Notes: generated from the letters alone by a model not told the origin. DNA of 33,814 nt from a virus (IMGVR_UViG_3300022602_000268:1-33814); one strand, 5' to 3'; positions 24,324-33,134 are shown, counted from the first letter of the stretch. A program made the numbers and translations.

Positions 24324-25012
24324 TGGTTGCCAAATTCCGTAAAGGCGGTATACCCGCTGATATCAACAAACAAAAGACCCACCATACAGATGGCGGTGTT
24401 CCTAATTACAGTCTTAACCGGTTTGCCGGTTTAAAGGAAGGTGGTATGGCTGAATCTAAATCAGAAATGAAAAAAGAAATGGCTGCTGATAAGAAGCAAG
24501 ACGTTGCCATGATTAAAAAGGCGTTCAGAGAGCATGATGCTCAAGAACATAAAGGTCAAAAGGGTACTAAAATTACTCTGAAAAAAGGTGGCGAAGTGAA
24601 AAAATATGCAGCGGGTGGTAAGATTCAAGCCCAAATGAACAAACAATTACCTAAAGGCGTCTCTAAGCAAGGTATTGTTCCTGAATCTAAACAAATGGGA
24701 ATGCTTGGTATGAAATCAGGTGGCATGGCTAAGGTTCGTAAAACCGAAATGGTCAAGATGGCTGGCGGCGGTAGCGTCAAAGAGACTCGTATGGAACCCG
24801 CTAAAATGGGTAAAGTCGCTCGTATAGATGCAGGCCCAGCTAAAAGAGAAGCCCGCCTAGAACCAGCAGGAATGGGTAAGGTAAAAACCCGTGATGCAGG
24901 TCCGGCTAAAAGAGAAGCACGTTTGGAACCCGCAGGAATGGGTAAAGTTAAAACCAATAGCAGCCCAGATGGGATTGCTAGCAAAGGCCGCACTCGTGGT
25001 CGTTATATGTAA
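24323..25012 (+). CDS. Basic low-complexity protein with six xxxGG motifs and 22-aa tandem repeats
   Basis: TAATG coupling. K/M/G-rich. Confidence 0.8.
   Translation: MVAKFRKGGIPADINKQKTHHTDGGVPNYSLNRFAGLKEGGMAESKSEMKKEMAADKKQDVAMIKKAFREHDAQEHKGQKGTKITLKKGGEVKKYAAGGKIQAQMNKQLPKGVSKQGIVPESKQMGMLGMKSGGMAKVRKTEMVKMAGGGSVKETRMEPAKMGKVARIDAGPAKREARLEPAGMGKVKTRDAGPAKREARLEPAGMGKVKTNSSPDGIASKGRTRGRYM
24827..24955 (+). repeat. 66-bp-period coding tandem repeat (DAGPAKREARLEPAGMGKVKT x2, plus a partial upstream copy)
   Basis: Copies start at 24827 and 24893. Confidence 0.9.
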
Positions 25013-25023
25013 GGAGCAATAAA

Positions 25024-25215
25024 ATGAAAGACGAAATAATGAAAGAACCAAAACCCTTTTCTTCAATGCCACATCAAGATGATTCTATGGGGCAGCATGA
25101 GGTTGGTGGTCACGTAGCACATCACAAACACTTTGGCAAACATTCTGCCGGTCACAAACTGTATCACGAGGCTGTTAAAGCTATGTGCAGCGGTGGTATG
25201 GCTAAAGGTAAGTAA
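25024..25215 (+). CDS. His-rich small protein
   Basis: TAAGGAG SD. 9 His in 63 aa. Ends in MCSGGMAKGK. Confidence 0.8.
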   Translation: MKDEIMKEPKPFSSMPHQDDSMGQHEVGGHVAHHKHFGKHSAGHKLYHEAVKAMCSGGMAKGK

Positions 25216-25217
25216 TC

Positions 25218-26003
25218 ATGGCTGACGCTAAAGACAAGAAAGAAATAAACAAAGCGATTGATGATGCAAAAAGAAACGAACGCATTAAAGCGTTTGAACT
25301 AGCTGCACAACGTCGAGCTGCTGCACAACAAACTCAAAGACCCGCTTCAACACAACAATCTGCTTTAGCGACAACGCAACCATCTATTTCTGCGTACGAT
25401 ACACCAGCTAATGCAATGGCTTCAGAAATGAAAAAAGGTGGGAAAGTTAAAATGGCTAAGAAAAAAGTTAAGCGGTATGATGAAGGTGGCGACGTAGAAA
25501 GCGGTGGTTTACGTGAAGTCTCCAAGAGTCGTTTTGACGAAGATACAAATGCCCGTGCAAAATCTTTTACCGATTCTGGCTATCGTGCAGAAGCAATGCC
25601 TGTAGAAAATGAACCTGCTCCTAAGGCTCGTTCGTTAACATCTTCAAGCCCTGCACCTAAAAAAGCTGCCCCTGATTACTCAGATCAGAACAGCCGCAAC
25701 GCTGCTCCGGAAAAGAAAACACCTGATTATTCTGACCAAAATAGCCGTAATATCGCACCAAAAAATAAAACTTTTGAAACCCCAGCACGTATGGGTGATG
25801 ATAGGAACGGCCCTATTGGTGACACAAAAGATGCGATTAAAGAAAAATACGAAAGTATGAAGGCTATGGGTAAATTTAAACCCAGACAAAAAGCATCTTC
25901 TACCGGGGAATCGGGTAAATTGAAATATGCTAAGGGCGGTATGGTTACTCGTCGTGGTGATGGCATTGCTCAACGTGGTAGAACTAAAGGCACAGTGCGA
26001 TGA
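25218..26003 (+). CDS. Low-complexity protein with three xxxGG motifs and C-terminal RGDGIAQRGRTKG
   Basis: Long ORF with an internal PDYSDQNSRN duplication. Confidence 0.8.
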   Translation: MADAKDKKEINKAIDDAKRNERIKAFELAAQRRAAAQQTQRPASTQQSALATTQPSISAYDTPANAMASEMKKGGKVKMAKKKVKRYDEGGDVESGGLREVSKSRFDEDTNARAKSFTDSGYRAEAMPVENEPAPKARSLTSSSPAPKKAAPDYSDQNSRNAAPEKKTPDYSDQNSRNIAPKNKTFETPARMGDDRNGPIGDTKDAIKEKYESMKAMGKFKPRQKASSTGESGKLKYAKGGMVTRRGDGIAQRGRTKGTVR

Positions 26004-26269
26004 AATCCAGTCGCGGTATGGGGGCTATTGCCCCCGCTAAACAACCAAAGACTAACAAGTCGGCGGTGCTTTTAAAAGAGGGCGGTATGGCTACGAAAAA
26101 GAATTGGATTGCTGGCGCTATCAAGAAACCCGGTGCTTTGCGGGCGCAATTAGGCGCTAAAGAGGGTGAACCCATCCCTGCAAAGAAACTAGCTGCAGCA
26201 GCAAAGAAGCCCGGCAAACTAGGTCAAAGAGCAAGACTTGCTGAGACCCTTAAAGGTATGAAAAAATGA
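26000..26269 (+). CDS. Basic small protein (WIAGAIKKPGALR motif)
   Basis: ATGA overlaps at both ends. Confidence 0.8.
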   Translation: MKSSRGMGAIAPAKQPKTNKSAVLLKEGGMATKKNWIAGAIKKPGALRAQLGAKEGEPIPAKKLAAAAKKPGKLGQRARLAETLKGMKK

Positions 26270-27012
26270 CAACCACGGGAACCGTTGCGTTTAATCTAGA
26301 CTTAGGCGACTGTATTGAAGAAGCCTTTGAACGGTGTGGGCAAGAAGTTCGCACTGGTTATGATTTTCGCACGGCTCGTCGTAGTTTAAACTTGTTGACT
26401 ATTGAGTGGGCAAACAGGGGCATTAACCTGTGGACGATTGAGCAGGGTACGATTAACCTATTACAGGGTGTAAATACTTATGACTTACCTACGGACACTA
26501 TTGACCTACTTGAACACCAAATACGAACAAACGCTGGGCAACAAAATAACCAAACCGACATTACTATTTCTCGTATTAGTGTTTCTACTTACTCTACTAT
26601 ACCCAATAAACTAGCTCAGGGTAGACCAATTCAGGTTTGGATTAATAGACAAAGTGGTGCGGATTACCCCACTGGAAATAACCCTGATAGACAACCTCAA
26701 ATAACGGTATGGCCTACACCAGATCAAGGTACAGTATCAAGTCCGTATTATCAGTTTGTTTACTGGCGCATGAGACGTATTCAAGATGCAGGCAATGCGG
26801 TGAATACCCAAGATATTCCGTTTCGTTTCCTTAATGCAATGGTAGCGGGGCTTGCTTATTACTTGTCGATGAAACTACAAGGTGTTGACCCACAGCGCAT
26901 TATGGGGTTGAAGGCTGACTATGAGCAGCAGTTTCAGTTTGCGGCAGAAGAAGATAGAGAGAAGGCTCCGATACGGTTCATTCCGCGTCAGATGTATTTA
27001 GGGAACGGCTAA
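26266..27012 (+). CDS. Putative head-tail adaptor / tail tubular protein
   Basis: Helical N- and C-termini around a beta insert (ARRSLNLL..EWANRG; P.RF..A.VAGLAYYL), typical of podovirus adaptors. Confidence 0.6.
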   Translation: MTTTGTVAFNLDLGDCIEEAFERCGQEVRTGYDFRTARRSLNLLTIEWANRGINLWTIEQGTINLLQGVNTYDLPTDTIDLLEHQIRTNAGQQNNQTDITISRISVSTYSTIPNKLAQGRPIQVWINRQSGADYPTGNNPDRQPQITVWPTPDQGTVSSPYYQFVYWRMRRIQDAGNAVNTQDIPFRFLNAMVAGLAYYLSMKLQGVDPQRIMGLKADYEQQFQFAAEEDREKAPIRFIPRQMYLGNG

Positions 27013-27429
27013 ATGACTACGATGTTCGCATCCGGTAAGTTCGCTATTGCCGAGTGTGATAGGTGTGGGTTTCGTTTTAAGTTGACGACGCTCAAAAAAC
27101 TTACGATTAAGACGAAGAACGTAAGTATTAAAGTATGTAAAGAGTGCTGGGAAATGGATCATCCCCAGTTACAATTAGGTATGTACCCTGTTAACGATCC
27201 TCAGGCTGTACGTGAACCACGGCGGGATAACAGTTATTATCAGTCAGGTAATACAGGGTTGCAGATTAAAGTCAATGGTGGTACTACAATAGCAGGTAAT
27301 GGTACACCATCGGGCGGCAGTAGACAGATTCAGTGGGGGTGGAACCCCGTGGGTATGAAATATGATTTTGGGGAAACTCCAAACGATTTAATTGGGGTGG
27401 GTAGTGTAGGTAAAGTAACCATAGGTTAA
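27013..27429 (+). CDS. Hypothetical protein with N-terminal Zn ribbon
   Basis: CDRC...CKEC. Confidence 0.8.
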   Translation: MTTMFASGKFAIAECDRCGFRFKLTTLKKLTIKTKNVSIKVCKECWEMDHPQLQLGMYPVNDPQAVREPRRDNSYYQSGNTGLQIKVNGGTTIAGNGTPSGGSRQIQWGWNPVGMKYDFGETPNDLIGVGSVGKVTIG

Positions 27430-27439
27430 GGAGCCAATC

Positions 27440-27577
27440 ATGGCAGAAGCAAAGAAAGTAAAGACAGGCGGCAAGGCTGGCGGCAAAACCAACGAAGGTA
27501 TGCTTGCTAATGGTCGTAACCGTGAAAAGTTAGCTAATCAGTGTGGTTCAGTCCAACTGAAGGGTAAAGGCAAATAA
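27440..27577 (+). CDS. 45-aa basic protein MAEAKKVKTGGKAGGKTNEGMLANGRNREKLANQ..., not in ORF track
   Basis: TAAGGAG SD. Fills the gap. GG motifs like the neighbouring cluster. Confidence 0.75.
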   Translation: MAEAKKVKTGGKAGGKTNEGMLANGRNREKLANQCGSVQLKGKGK

Positions 27578-27578
27578 T

Positions 27579-27767
27579 ATGAATAAGAAAGAGAATCTTC
27601 CAGCACAAGTTTATGCTCAGCCACACACCCCAACCGGTGCAAAACTGAACGAAAAACTTTTGGGCGGCGGTGCGTTTGACTATAGCGATATGAAAACTGA
27701 GGGTATTACAACCCGTGGTAATGGTTGCGCTACAAAAGGTACGAAAGCTCGTGGCCCTATGGCCTAA
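27579..27767 (+). CDS. Small protein with C-terminal RGNGCATKG motif
   Basis: Coupled ORF. Motif shared with the 24323 and 25218 ORFs. Confidence 0.75.
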   Translation: MNKKENLPAQVYAQPHTPTGAKLNEKLLGGGAFDYSDMKTEGITTRGNGCATKGTKARGPMA

Positions 27768-27777
27768 GGTGTAAACA

Positions 27778-28479
27778 ATGGATTACACGACGCTGTTTAA
27801 TACGATTAAGACTTACTGCGAAAACGATTTTCCTAGTACGTCTTTTACTGGTACTGACGGTACAACTGTCGTTACCACACTTAGCCCTGCGCAAATCAAT
27901 ACATTTATCCAGCAGGCAGAAGAGCGTATTTACAACTCCGTGCAACTGCCATCACTTCGTCGCAACGTGACCGGCTCCTTAACTGCAAGTAACCAATACC
28001 TTACCGCACCGTCTGATTTTTTGGCGGTCTATTCATTGGCGGTTATTGATAGCTCAGGGAACTACACGTTCCTTTTAAATAAAGACGTTAATTATATTCG
28101 GGAAGCCTACCCCTCCCCCACTACCAAGGCTACCCCCAAATACTATGCACTGTTTGGCCCTGCTACAGGTTTACCGAACGAACTTGCATTTATAGTTGGA
28201 CCTACACCCGATCTGTCGTATAACGTCGAATTGCACTATTTTTATTATCCACAGTCTATTGTCACGGCGGGTACTAGCTGGGTTGGCGATAATTATGATC
28301 CAGTGTTGCTTTATGGTTCATTAGTTGAGGCGTATACGTTTATGAAGGGTGAGGCGGATATGATTGCGCTTTATAATTCAAAATACCAAGAAGCTTTAGC
28401 ACAACTCAAACGTCTGGGCGATGGTATGGAACGTCAGGATGCCTATCGTTCTGGTCAAGTACGAGTAAAAGTAACTTAA
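27778..28479 (+). CDS. Second putative adaptor / tail tubular protein
   Basis: Same architecture as 26266..27012 (FIQQAEERI; GPTPD..Y; LLYGSLVEAY). Confidence 0.6.
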   Translation: MDYTTLFNTIKTYCENDFPSTSFTGTDGTTVVTTLSPAQINTFIQQAEERIYNSVQLPSLRRNVTGSLTASNQYLTAPSDFLAVYSLAVIDSSGNYTFLLNKDVNYIREAYPSPTTKATPKYYALFGPATGLPNELAFIVGPTPDLSYNVELHYFYYPQSIVTAGTSWVGDNYDPVLLYGSLVEAYTFMKGEADMIALYNSKYQEALAQLKRLGDGMERQDAYRSGQVRVKVT

Positions 28480-28494
28480 TTTTAGGAGCCTACA

Positions 28495-28956
28495 ATGGCA
28501 ATTTCGCAAGCAATGTGTACTAGCTTTAAGGTTGAAATCCTGAGTAGCTACCATAACTTCAATACAACCAACCCAGCTCACACGGCTAACACACAGGACG
28601 TATTTAAAATCGCTCTGTACACCTCGTCGGCTACGTTGGATTCCACAACCACTGTTTACTCTACTACTAACGAAGTAACGGGTACGGGTTATACGGCTGG
28701 TGGTAATACGTTGACTATCTCGCAGGTTCCTGTTTCTTCGGGTACGCCTACGACTACAGCTTATTTGAACTTCAGCAATACGTCATGGACTACGGCTACT
28801 ATTACGGCTCGTGGCGCTTTGATTTATAACAGCTCGCAGGGTAACCGTGCCGTGGCTGTGCTGGACTTTGGTTCGGATAAAACGTCAACTGCTGGTACAT
28901 TCCAGATCAACTTCCCAACGGCTGGTACTGGTAGCTCGATTATCCAGATCGCTTAA
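28495..28956 (+). CDS. Tail or fibre-associated structural protein
   Basis: AGGAG SD. FKIALYT...NEV.GTGYTAGG motif. Confidence 0.7.
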   Translation: MAISQAMCTSFKVEILSSYHNFNTTNPAHTANTQDVFKIALYTSSATLDSTTTVYSTTNEVTGTGYTAGGNTLTISQVPVSSGTPTTTAYLNFSNTSWTTATITARGALIYNSSQGNRAVAVLDFGSDKTSTAGTFQINFPTAGTGSSIIQIA

Positions 28957-28968
28957 TGGGGGTTTACT

Positions 28969-29211
28969 ATGACTCCCGTTATTGTTAGCCAACCGGCAGT
29001 AGTTGTACACGACGACATCTCAGCGATTAACTTTACCGCAAAGGGTGGTGGTTATACGCTGAGTGATGCCATTGTGGGCGATACTGACTACATCAACTCC
29101 CTGACACCAGACCAGATCACGGCGATTCAGACTGAACGCTTTAACAACTGGTACACGATTATCACTACCCCAACGGAAGCCCCCGTCGATCCTGTTGACC
29201 CACAGGTGTAA
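28969..29211 (+). CDS. Small acidic hypothetical protein (possible fibre chaperone)
   Basis: ORF directly upstream of the large fibre gene. Confidence 0.7.
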   Translation: MTPVIVSQPAVVVHDDISAINFTAKGGGYTLSDAIVGDTDYINSLTPDQITAIQTERFNNWYTIITTPTEAPVDPVDPQV

Positions 29212-29214
29212 TAA

Positions 29215-32019
29215 ATGGCTGCTCGATACTGGGTCGGTGGTACTGCTACATGGGATGGAACAGCAGGTACTAAATGGGCTTTGACTTCTGGCGGTGCTGG
29301 TGGTCAAGCTGTTCCTACGTCTGCTGATACGGTATTCTTTGATGCTAACTCAGGCGCAAACACAGTAACGATTGGTTCTGGTACAGCAGTATGCTTAACG
29401 CTTACTCTTACTGGTTTTACTGGAACATTAGCGTTCGGTACTAACTCAATTACGGTATCTGGCACTAACACCACAATATTTACAGGTGCAACTACTTGTA
29501 CGGTAACAGGAACACCATTACTAATTTGTAATGGAGCAGGAACTAGCGGTCAAACAAGAACCATTAACACTACTTCTATGGCTGAAACTAACTTAATTAG
29601 TTTCAACATAACAGCAGGGGTAGACATTGTAAGTTTTACTACATCAAGAACAAAAACCATAAACTTTACTGGTTTTACAGGATCATTAGTAGCTACTTCA
29701 CACACTATTTATGGTGATTTAGTTTTATCGTCAGGAATGACCGTAACTGCAAGTGCGACTGTTTTAACTTTTTCTAGCACTCTTGTTCAACAAAACATTA
29801 CAACAAACGGTACATTGTTAGATAGACCACTTACATTTAGTGGAACTAATACTTATCAATTACAAGATGCTTTAACTACAAGTTCAGCGAGAACACTGAC
29901 GCTGACAACGGGTACGTTAGACTTAAATAACAAGACACTAACTACTGGATTGTTTTCGTCATCAAACTCAAATACTAGAACTTTAGCTTTCGGTGTTTCT
30001 GGCTCTTTAAACGTAGGCGGTACTGGTACAGTTATAGGTTGTTTAACATATACTGGCTTAACCATAACAGGATCATCAAACGTCAACGTAACGAGTACTG
30101 GCTCTACGGCTATAACAATTCAAACTCCCAACGTAACAAACCCGTTTAACTATGCGTTTACTGGTGGTACATACGCACTTACATTTTCAGTTAACTTCTT
30201 TGTAGGCGGTCTTAACTTTACTGGCTATGCAGGTACTCTAGGTAATGCTGCTTTGAGCGTCAATGGAAGCGTGGTTATATCCACGGGAATGACGTTAACT
30301 GCCGGAACAAACGCTTGGACGATAGCTGGTTTAACGCAGCAAAATATAACTACAAACGGTAAAACACTAGATTTCCCAGTTAACTTCGGTAGCGGCACAT
30401 CTACAAATACAATCCAGCTTCAAGATGCAATGACTCTAGGAAGTGCCAGAGCGTGTACTTTAGCTGGCAGCACACTAGATTTAAACAGCAAAGCATTAAC
30501 ATCCGCTTCATTTTCGTTAACAGGAACTAATACAAAATCAATACTATTTGGTACTGGAAGTATTACTGTAGTGGGTAACGGCGGTGCGGTTCTTGGCGGC
30601 GGTACTTTGACAGGGTTTACCTATACAGGTACTCCGACTATAAACGCAACATACTCAGGGGCTACAGGTACTAGAACATTTAACTGGGGTAATGCTGTTG
30701 GTGGTGCAGAATCAAACGCTGTATCAGTTAACATATCTGCTGGTACAGATATTATTGCAGCATCGGGTTCTTTTTTAAATTTAAACTTTACAGGGTTTTC
30801 TGGTACATATAATAATAACGCTAAAAACATTTATGGTAATTTAGTTTTTTCGTCGGGGATGACACTAACCGCCGGAACAATCGCCCAAGTTTTTGCAAGC
30901 ACCCTTGTCCAACAAAACATTACAACAAACGGTAAAACGCTAGATTTTCCACTTACATTCAGCGGCACAAATACGTATCAACTGCAAGATGCAATGACGG
31001 TCGGTAGTACCAGAATTATTACGCTTACTACTGGCACGTTGGATATGAATAGCAAGACACTTAATTGCGGGTTCTTTGCTTCAAACAATAACAACTCAAG
31101 AACTCTTGCATTTGGAACAGCAACTTTATATGTAAACGGTAGTGGGGCTAATACTTTTGTATCAAACGGTACACCTGCAATGTTGGCTACGGGTAATAGG
31201 GTTGTTATTGCTACGTACTCTGGTTCTGTGGGTACAAGAGTTTTTACAACTGGTGCTGTATTAGAAACAAGTGCTGTAGACCTATACATAACTGGCGGTA
31301 CAGATACAGTCACGCCAAACGGAAACTTTAGGACAATAGACTTTACGGGTTTTGCAGGGACGCTAACAAACATTGGTCGATCTTTGTATGGAAACTTAGT
31401 TTTAAGTACAGGTATGACCATTACAGCAGGAGCAAACGGAACAACATTTATTGGTACGCTATCACAGCAAAATATTACATCCAACGGTCAAACGATGGAT
31501 TTTCCGTTTACATTTAGCGGAACTCAAACTTATCAATTACAAGACGCATTAACTTCTAGTTCTGCTCGAACTTATTCGTTTACGTCAGGAACGATTGATT
31601 TAAATGGCAAAACACTTACTACAGGATTGTTTTCAATTACTGGAGCAACCACTAGATCAATCAGTTTTAACTCTGGAAAAATTGTAATTCTTGCTATAGG
31701 AACATCTTGGAGCGTTTCTGGTTCTAATTTCACCACATCTGGATCAGGCACAATTAGCATGAATAACGCTTCTGGCAAAACATTTGCTGGTGGTGGTTTT
31801 ACTTATCCAACATTAAGTCAAGACGGTGCTGGTACATTGACGATTACTGGATCAAATACGTTTGCCAACATTACAAATACGGTACAACCGACTACAATAA
31901 CTTTTCAGGCTGGGTCCACCACAACGGTAAGCAACTTCAACGTCAACGGCACATCTGGCAACCTAGTAACACTTAACTCCGATACGCCCGGCACTCAATT
32001 TACTTTGCTTAAGGTCTAG
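29215..32019 (+). CDS. Large T/G/S/N-rich repetitive beta-helix fibre or adhesin-like protein
   Basis: Four QQNIT.NG repeats at 29788, 30337, 30910, 31465 (periods 183, 191, 185 aa). Confidence 0.8.
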   Translation: MAARYWVGGTATWDGTAGTKWALTSGGAGGQAVPTSADTVFFDANSGANTVTIGSGTAVCLTLTLTGFTGTLAFGTNSITVSGTNTTIFTGATTCTVTGTPLLICNGAGTSGQTRTINTTSMAETNLISFNITAGVDIVSFTTSRTKTINFTGFTGSLVATSHTIYGDLVLSSGMTVTASATVLTFSSTLVQQNITTNGTLLDRPLTFSGTNTYQLQDALTTSSARTLTLTTGTLDLNNKTLTTGLFSSSNSNTRTLAFGVSGSLNVGGTGTVIGCLTYTGLTITGSSNVNVTSTGSTAITIQTPNVTNPFNYAFTGGTYALTFSVNFFVGGLNFTGYAGTLGNAALSVNGSVVISTGMTLTAGTNAWTIAGLTQQNITTNGKTLDFPVNFGSGTSTNTIQLQDAMTLGSARACTLAGSTLDLNSKALTSASFSLTGTNTKSILFGTGSITVVGNGGAVLGGGTLTGFTYTGTPTINATYSGATGTRTFNWGNAVGGAESNAVSVNISAGTDIIAASGSFLNLNFTGFSGTYNNNAKNIYGNLVFSSGMTLTAGTIAQVFASTLVQQNITTNGKTLDFPLTFSGTNTYQLQDAMTVGSTRIITLTTGTLDMNSKTLNCGFFASNNNNSRTLAFGTATLYVNGSGANTFVSNGTPAMLATGNRVVIATYSGSVGTRVFTTGAVLETSAVDLYITGGTDTVTPNGNFRTIDFTGFAGTLTNIGRSLYGNLVLSTGMTITAGANGTTFIGTLSQQNITSNGQTMDFPFTFSGTQTYQLQDALTSSSARTYSFTSGTIDLNGKTLTTGLFSITGATTRSISFNSGKIVILAIGTSWSVSGSNFTTSGSGTISMNNASGKTFAGGGFTYPTLSQDGAGTLTITGSNTFANITNTVQPTTITFQAGSTTTVSNFNVNGTSGNLVTLNSDTPGTQFTLLKV

Positions 32020-32021
32020 CT

Positions 32022-33119
32022 GTGGCTACCGTAAACGTCCAATATCTAGCAATTCAGGACAGTAATGCTACCCCAAGCAGTACTTGGTTTGCTACGAACT
32101 CCACGGACAATGGTAATAACACAGGTTGGAATTTTGGAACTGCTAGTGTTACCGTTAATGCTACAGGCGTTACGGGTACTGGGTCGGTAAATAGCGTTAC
32201 TGCAACTGGGTATTCTAACTATACGGTTTCTGGCGTTACGGGTACTGGGTCGGTTAGTTCTGTTACCGTTGTTGTACAAACGGATGTTACGGTTTCTGCT
32301 ACAGGCGTTACGGGTACTGGGTCGGTTGGTTCTGTTACGGTTGTTATACCAACTAATGTTACTGTTTCCGTCACTGGGGTTACAGGTACTGCTTCTGTTG
32401 GAAACGTCTCTGTTACCGGAAGTTCTAATTACACTGTTTCAGGAGTATCTGCAAGTGCGTCGGTTAACTCTGTATCTGTTGCGCTTACTACGCCGGTCAA
32501 TGTCACGGGAGTATCGGGAACGGGTTCTGTTGGCACTGCAACTGTTAGCGGTAGTGCTTCTGTTAGTGTTCTCGGAGTAACAGGTACTGGGTCGGTTGGT
32601 ACGGTAACTGCATTTACCAATATAACTACAAACGTAACTGGGGTTTCTGGTACTGGCTCGGTAGGCTCGGTTACTGAAACAGGTGGTGCTACCATCTATG
32701 TATTGGGTGTAACCGGTACAGGCAGGATCGGGGTAGTATCCGTAATTGGTGCATCTAACGTCTATCCTACAGGTGTTACGGGTACTGGATCAGTCGGTAA
32801 TGTATATATTCCTACCTTTGTATCAGGTGTAACGGGTACTGGAAGCGTTGGAAATACTACCGAAACTGGCTCGGCTAATGTATACTTGACAGGTGTACAA
32901 GGAATTGGTAGTGTTGGTAAAGTTAGTGTCTGGGGGCTGATTGATACCTCTCAAACTCCTAACTGGGCAAATATAACTGATACTGGCGGCGCAGGGTGGA
33001 CGGACGTTAACACGACACAAAGTACAAATTGGGTGGATATATCTGTTTCAAATACCCCGGGGTGGACGGATATTAATGATGCCCAAAACCCAAATTGGAA
33101 AAATATTATAGCTGCGTAA
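32022..33119 (+). CDS. Fibre-like protein with V(T/S)GV.GTG.VG.V repeats and C-terminal Trp repeats
   Basis: GTG start with TAAGGT SD. About 22-24-aa repeats. Confidence 0.8.
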   Translation: MATVNVQYLAIQDSNATPSSTWFATNSTDNGNNTGWNFGTASVTVNATGVTGTGSVNSVTATGYSNYTVSGVTGTGSVSSVTVVVQTDVTVSATGVTGTGSVGSVTVVIPTNVTVSVTGVTGTASVGNVSVTGSSNYTVSGVSASASVNSVSVALTTPVNVTGVSGTGSVGTATVSGSASVSVLGVTGTGSVGTVTAFTNITTNVTGVSGTGSVGSVTETGGATIYVLGVTGTGRIGVVSVIGASNVYPTGVTGTGSVGNVYIPTFVSGVTGTGSVGNTTETGSANVYLTGVQGIGSVGKVSVWGLIDTSQTPNWANITDTGGAGWTDVNTTQSTNWVDISVSNTPGWTDINDAQNPNWKNIIAA

Positions 33120-33134
33120 ACTTTAGGAACTAAA

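Noticed and set aside
32017-32034. Stop-codon reassignment or TAG read-through
   Set aside because: Read-through meets TAA after four more codons. Core genes are intact in code 11 and TAG, TGA and TAA all end genes.
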